A program made the translations under genes and the position numbers. Shown one piece after another: positions 56,958 through 60,337 of a stretch of DNA of 60,337 bases. Every line of letters starts with the position of its first letter. Position 1 is the first letter of the stretch. Location of the stretch: contig JAVKJW010000014.1 in assembly GCA_031458695.1 (NCBI GenBank), forward strand, positions 1 through 60,337. Direction: 5' to 3'. Below the pieces are notes generated by a model. The model did not search any database. It was given only the letters and a program-made list of their open reading frames with translations, and was not told where the DNA came from. Source of the stretch: Candidatus Thermofontivivens primus. GTDB taxonomy: Bacteria; Sysuimicrobiota; Sysuimicrobiia; Sysuimicrobiales; Thermofontiviventaceae.

Positions 56958-58102
56958 GCTGCCAGCACCCTTTCAAGCACTTGATTCTCCATCAAACGAG
57001 GGAGTTCTAAAGCCTGGAACGGGCAAGCGCCAATGCAGATGCCGCATTCTACGCACCGCGACTCAATCACCACGGCAAGCAGCTTGCGGTTCTGCGCTGC
57101 TTTGGTCTGCCCAGGCCTTGGCGAGGGGACCATGATGATCGCGTTGTAGGGGCAGTCATAGTAACAAAGCTCGCATCCCGTGCAGTTCGGCTCAATGACC
57201 TGGGCTACCCCTGCGTGACGGACGCCCATGACCTCCGGCTTCTCCCGGAGTTGGTAAGGGATGTACATTCCATAACTGAACAGGACGAACCCGAGCACGA
57301 TCGCCCAGATCGGTCCAACGTACTTCAGCAACCAGTAAGGCCACATATATAAGAAGTCGAGGGGGATCACCTGCGGCTGTGCCGTGGGGGAGGCGGGCAC
57401 CCCGCTCACCACAGGCACGAGGGAACTGAGGAGAAAGACAAGCCCCAGGCTGAACAGCACCCAGACCGCCGGTGGCCAGATTTTGGGGTGACGGATGCGG
57501 ATATAATGCCACCAGAGCAGGAGGTAGAGGGTCACGGCGGGGACCACGTGGAGGAAGAGAAAACGCACGAGGGTGCGTTCGCCGACTCCCCCTCCTCCCA
57601 GGAGGAGCTCGTTGAGCCACGGGCCAACAAGCGGGATCGACCGAAGCATATGCAGGGTCATTGCCAGGAGGGCCTGCGCCCGGTCGTCCCACGCCATGAA
57701 GTATCCGGTGATTCCCACGAACCCAGCGAAGCCAAGGAGGAACATCCCGGAGATCCAGGGGATATCCCGGGAGAAAAGGTAACGCTCCGTGAACCAGTTC
57801 CGGAAAAGGTGGAGGAGGATCGCTACCATGAACCCATCGGCGGCATAGCGGTGAACCCCGCGGATGATCCTCCCGTACGGGACGCGCTCCGTGATGAAGG
57901 TGATGGAGCGGTGGGCCTCGTTGGGATCCGGCACGTAGTAGAAGAAGAGAAAGATCCCTGAAAGGATCAGGATGGTCAGGAAGAGGTTCGACAGCCCTCC
58001 AGTGTAATACAACGGGTTCCAATCAGAAGGCAGAACGCGGTTGAGCAGGACATCCACTTGGAGGGTGGCTCGCTGCAAGTTCTTCAGGATGCGCTTGTAC
58101 AA
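56945..58102 (-). CDS. Cytochrome b fused to C-terminal 2x[4Fe-4S] ferredoxin domain
   Basis: RGVH-x13-H and FLH-x13-H heme ligands, TGY, degenerate Qo motif IPLDFLY, CTGCELCYYDCP and CVECGICIGACP. Confidence 0.88.
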   Translation of the reverse strand: MYKRILKNLQRATLQVDVLLNRVLPSDWNPLYYTGGLSNLFLTILILSGIFLFFYYVPDPNEAHRSITFITERVPYGRIIRGVHRYAADGFMVAILLHLFRNWFTERYLFSRDIPWISGMFLLGFAGFVGITGYFMAWDDRAQALLAMTLHMLRSIPLVGPWLNELLLGGGGVGERTLVRFLFLHVVPAVTLYLLLWWHYIRIRHPKIWPPAVWVLFSLGLVFLLSSLVPVVSGVPASPTAQPQVIPLDFLYMWPYWLLKYVGPIWAIVLGFVLFSYGMYIPYQLREKPEVMGVRHAGVAQVIEPNCTGCELCYYDCPYNAIIMVPSPRPGQTKAAQNRKLLAVVIESRCVECGICIGACPFQALELPRLMENQVLERVLAACRS

Positions 58103-58166
58103 CCTCCCTTTCCTCCTTCGTGCTGTGCCAGATTGCCGCGGGGCCCGGTACGGGGCATTCGCAACC

Positions 58167-58355
58167 TCACTCCTGGATCCATCGCCCCTTCCGGAGAATG
58201 ATCAGGATCAATCCATAGGCCAAGAAGATGATCCCAAGGGAGGCTCCGACAACGAGCTGCTTTCTGGAGAACTCCCCGTAGACAATCGCCCCGCTCGCGG
58301 CGGCGACGATCGCAGACAGCACCAGGATCAGACCCAACAGCTTCCCCTGCGTCAT
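58167..58355 (-). CDS. Small two-TM membrane protein (62 aa)
   Basis: MTQGKLLGLILVLSAIVAA...LGIIFLAYGLILIILRK; ATG 58355 preceded by GAGGTAAGGAG. Confidence 0.65.
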   Translation of the reverse strand: MTQGKLLGLILVLSAIVAAASGAIVYGEFSRKQLVVGASLGIIFLAYGLILIILRKGRWIQE

Positions 58356-58359
58356 CTCC

Positions 58360-58620
58360 TTACCTCTGCGTTCCCCGAGCCCGGATCCACCACTCATACA
58401 GCCGGAGGGGCCGTCGCACCCTTCCAGCCCTGCGATCTACTTCGTAGAGGGTAAACCCCAGGTACAGGAAGGAAACAAAAAGGGCGGCGACAACGATTGC
58501 TGCACGTGCCCATGCTTGGACAGTCCCTCTCGCCAGCGCCTCCTCCACTGCCCCGATCAGTCGAGAAAGGGCGAGAACAGCAATCAGGAAGGTGAGATAA
58601 AACCATAGATGCCGCCACAT
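58360..58620 (-). CDS. Small two-TM membrane protein (86 aa)
   Basis: Two hydrophobic helices, basic C-terminus, upstream RBS and promoter. Confidence 0.65.
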   Translation of the reverse strand: MWRHLWFYLTFLIAVLALSRLIGAVEEALARGTVQAWARAAIVVAALFVSFLYLGFTLYEVDRRAGRVRRPLRLYEWWIRARGTQR

Positions 58621-58643
58621 CTTTGCTCCCCTATCCTCCCCCC

Positions 58644-58672
58644 ATCATAGACACAACCGCACCATCGTTCAA
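58644..58672 (-). promoter_or_regulatory. Putative internal sigma70/A promoter
   Basis: TTGAAC-N17-TATGAT between the first cytochrome b gene and the 86-aa gene. Confidence 0.5.
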
Positions 58673-58696
58673 GGGGTTTTCTCTGGACGACCTACG

Positions 58697-59836
58697 CTAC
58701 TCCGAGGCCGGGTTCTCGGCAGGCTTCGGCGAAGACACGAGCTGTCCAAGCTGTCGCCTCCGGTAGCGGATCTCCCAAAGGAGTCCAAGTGCAAGGACCA
58801 CGACGGTGATGGCTAGGATGATTGGTGGATCGCGCTCGATGACAGCGATATTGAACAGAATCAGGACTGTGAACACAAGGAAGTAGACGAGGGCCATGAT
58901 CCCCACCACGGTAAAGAAGGGACGCTCCGAAGGCCGTCTCCCTTTGCTCCTATCCAGAAAGGGGACAAGCATCCCGAAGGCGATGAGCAACCCCGGCCCA
59001 AGACCAGCCCACAGGGGCGGCGTGTACTTGACGAACTGGTAGAGGGCCAGGAAGTACCAGTCCGAGAGAATAGGAAGGGGCGTCCGGTCTGGGTTAGCTC
59101 TCCTCCCCAGTTCCGCTGGGAGGAGGTAGCTGATCGCGGCGAGCATGAGGAAGAAGACCAGGACACTTGCAAGCGACATATTCAACCGCTTGCGCCGGGT
59201 CCGCTGGAAGAAGATCTCCGTGAGGATGAGGGCAATCACAGAGATGCTGAAATGGATCATATAGAACCTGGTGAGGGTTGCCTGGCCGATGGCCGGGCCC
59301 CCGAGGAAGATGTAAGCGATAGCGGAACCAAACCTCGTCTGCCCAATGAGGGGGAGCTCGTCAAAGTAGATGGGGACCGTGAGCACGACCTTGGCCGCCC
59401 AGAAGGCACGCTGGTTCCAGATGAGGAGATAGCCTGTGATCCCAGAAATCATCGCCAGGATCAGCGAGGCGAACGCGATCATCCAGGAGAGCTCCCCTGG
59501 CTTCTTGTACTCCCCCAGGAAGTACATACGGTAGATGCGCAGGGTAATGGCGATGATCAAGGCATCAGCGCCGTACTTGTGGAGGCCGCGGATCAACCAG
59601 CCAAGAGGGATCTCGTGCTGGATGTGCAGGATGGAGTTGTATGCACCGGCAGTGGTGGGCTCGTACCAGATCATAAGGAGGAGACCACTCACGATGGTGA
59701 TGAGCCAGAAGTAGTACACCATCGGGCCGAGGAGATAAAAGGGATTCCCCTGTCTATGGACGTTGGTCTCGTCAAAGAGATCGAGGTGTTCCTTCCGGTC
59801 TTTGATCCATTCCCCAACGACTCCCAACTTTCCCAT
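58697..59836 (-). CDS. Cytochrome b (b6 + subunit IV-like fusion) of a Rieske/cytb complex, lacking heme bH ligands
   Basis: GWLIRGLH, TGYLL.W.Q, TLTRFYMIH, ANP..TP..ILSDWYFL (Qo-like); the second His of helices B and D is absent. Confidence 0.9.
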   Translation of the reverse strand: MGKLGVVGEWIKDRKEHLDLFDETNVHRQGNPFYLLGPMVYYFWLITIVSGLLLMIWYEPTTAGAYNSILHIQHEIPLGWLIRGLHKYGADALIIAITLRIYRMYFLGEYKKPGELSWMIAFASLILAMISGITGYLLIWNQRAFWAAKVVLTVPIYFDELPLIGQTRFGSAIAYIFLGGPAIGQATLTRFYMIHFSISVIALILTEIFFQRTRRKRLNMSLASVLVFFLMLAAISYLLPAELGRRANPDRTPLPILSDWYFLALYQFVKYTPPLWAGLGPGLLIAFGMLVPFLDRSKGRRPSERPFFTVVGIMALVYFLVFTVLILFNIAVIERDPPIILAITVVVLALGLLWEIRYRRRQLGQLVSSPKPAENPASE

Positions 59837-59880
59837 CCACCTCCCTAACTAGGGAAGCTTTTCACGCCTCGGGGGATCCT

Positions 59881-60337
59881 CTAGGCGATCCCACCGGGCT
59901 CCACGTCGGTGATGACAATGTCCCCCTCCTTCACCGCAAACAGGAAGGTCCGAGGAGGTCGCGGCGCTGGACCGGAGAGGACCCTCCCTGGGACATCGGG
60001 ATCGGCAGGATCATAGATGCTGAGATGGCATGGGCAGCCCATGAGCGCATGGCGACGATCCGGGGGCGGAACATAGCCTCCATACCCAGATGTGATCTCC
60101 TTCCACTCAGGAACGTAGTTGAAGATGCACCCGAGATGGGGACAGATGCGCGAGAAGGCGACGATATCGCTCTCCTTCCGCTTTTCGCCCGCCCACTCCC
60201 AGGGAAGGACAACCTTCCTGGGGAGGCGGATGACGACCCCTGGAACGGTGGCGTTCTTGAACCCTTCAGGCGTGTACTGGGGATACTGCTGGACGAAGGT
60301 AAAGTACTTGTAACTCCAGGGCTCCCGAAGCTCAGAG
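59881..60337 (-). CDS. Rieske [2Fe-2S] protein, N-terminus outside window
   Basis: Manual translation ...FSRICPHLGCIFNY...MGCPCHLSIYDP...SGPAPRPP...GGIA*. Confidence 0.93.
   Translation of the reverse strand, partial: SELREPWSYKYFTFVQQYPQYTPEGFKNATVPGVVIRLPRKVVLPWEWAGEKRKESDIVAFSRICPHLGCIFNYVPEWKEITSGYGGYVPPPDRRHALMGCPCHLSIYDPADPDVPGRVLSGPAPRPPRTFLFAVKEGDIVITDVEPGGIA

Noticed and set aside
56945..59836. b6f-type covalent heme ci
   Set aside because: The Cys of the YCxGG motif is absent in both cytochrome b proteins (FYLLGP, LYYTGG).

Overview
GC-rich bacterial chromosomal window. The gene order (T-box-alaS-ruvX, rpsU-yqeY, DUF4321-radC-mreBCD-mrdA-rodA-rng) suggests a Terrabacteria-type organism; the lineage is inferred, not established. 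It has four blocks. (1) 1-24 kb: an uncharacterised catabolic island with two GntR/FadR regulators and a matching operator pair, an ALDH, NitT/TauT and Liv-type ABC importers, a DHPON-hydrolase-like enzyme, three M24-fold proteins (two lacking canonical metal ligands), a beta-hydroxyacid dehydrogenase, E1a/E1b/E2 without E3, an FAH hydratase, OsmC, a cupin and an orphan Mo-hydroxylase large subunit. (2) 24-36 kb: a minus-strand run of Tat-exported cyclase, Liv ABC, acetoacetyl-CoA synthetase-like enzyme, PrpD and HSA32-like ComA, plus a divergent class III aminotransferase. (3) 36-56 kb: housekeeping genes. (4) 56-60 kb: an unusual Rieske/cytochrome b cluster with two complementary cytochrome b genes. 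One has a Qo-like motif but lacks both heme bH ligands. The other has all four His, a degenerate Qo motif and a fused 2x[4Fe-4S] ferredoxin. They are accompanied by an MvhD-like [2Fe-2S] protein, three tiny membrane proteins and a cupredoxin lipoprotein. A family of ~95-bp double-hairpin REP/REPIN-like repeats (10 or more full or partial copies) is scattered through the intergenic regions and supplies the C-termini of at least two genes. No rRNA, tRNA, CRISPR array or transposase was recognised.
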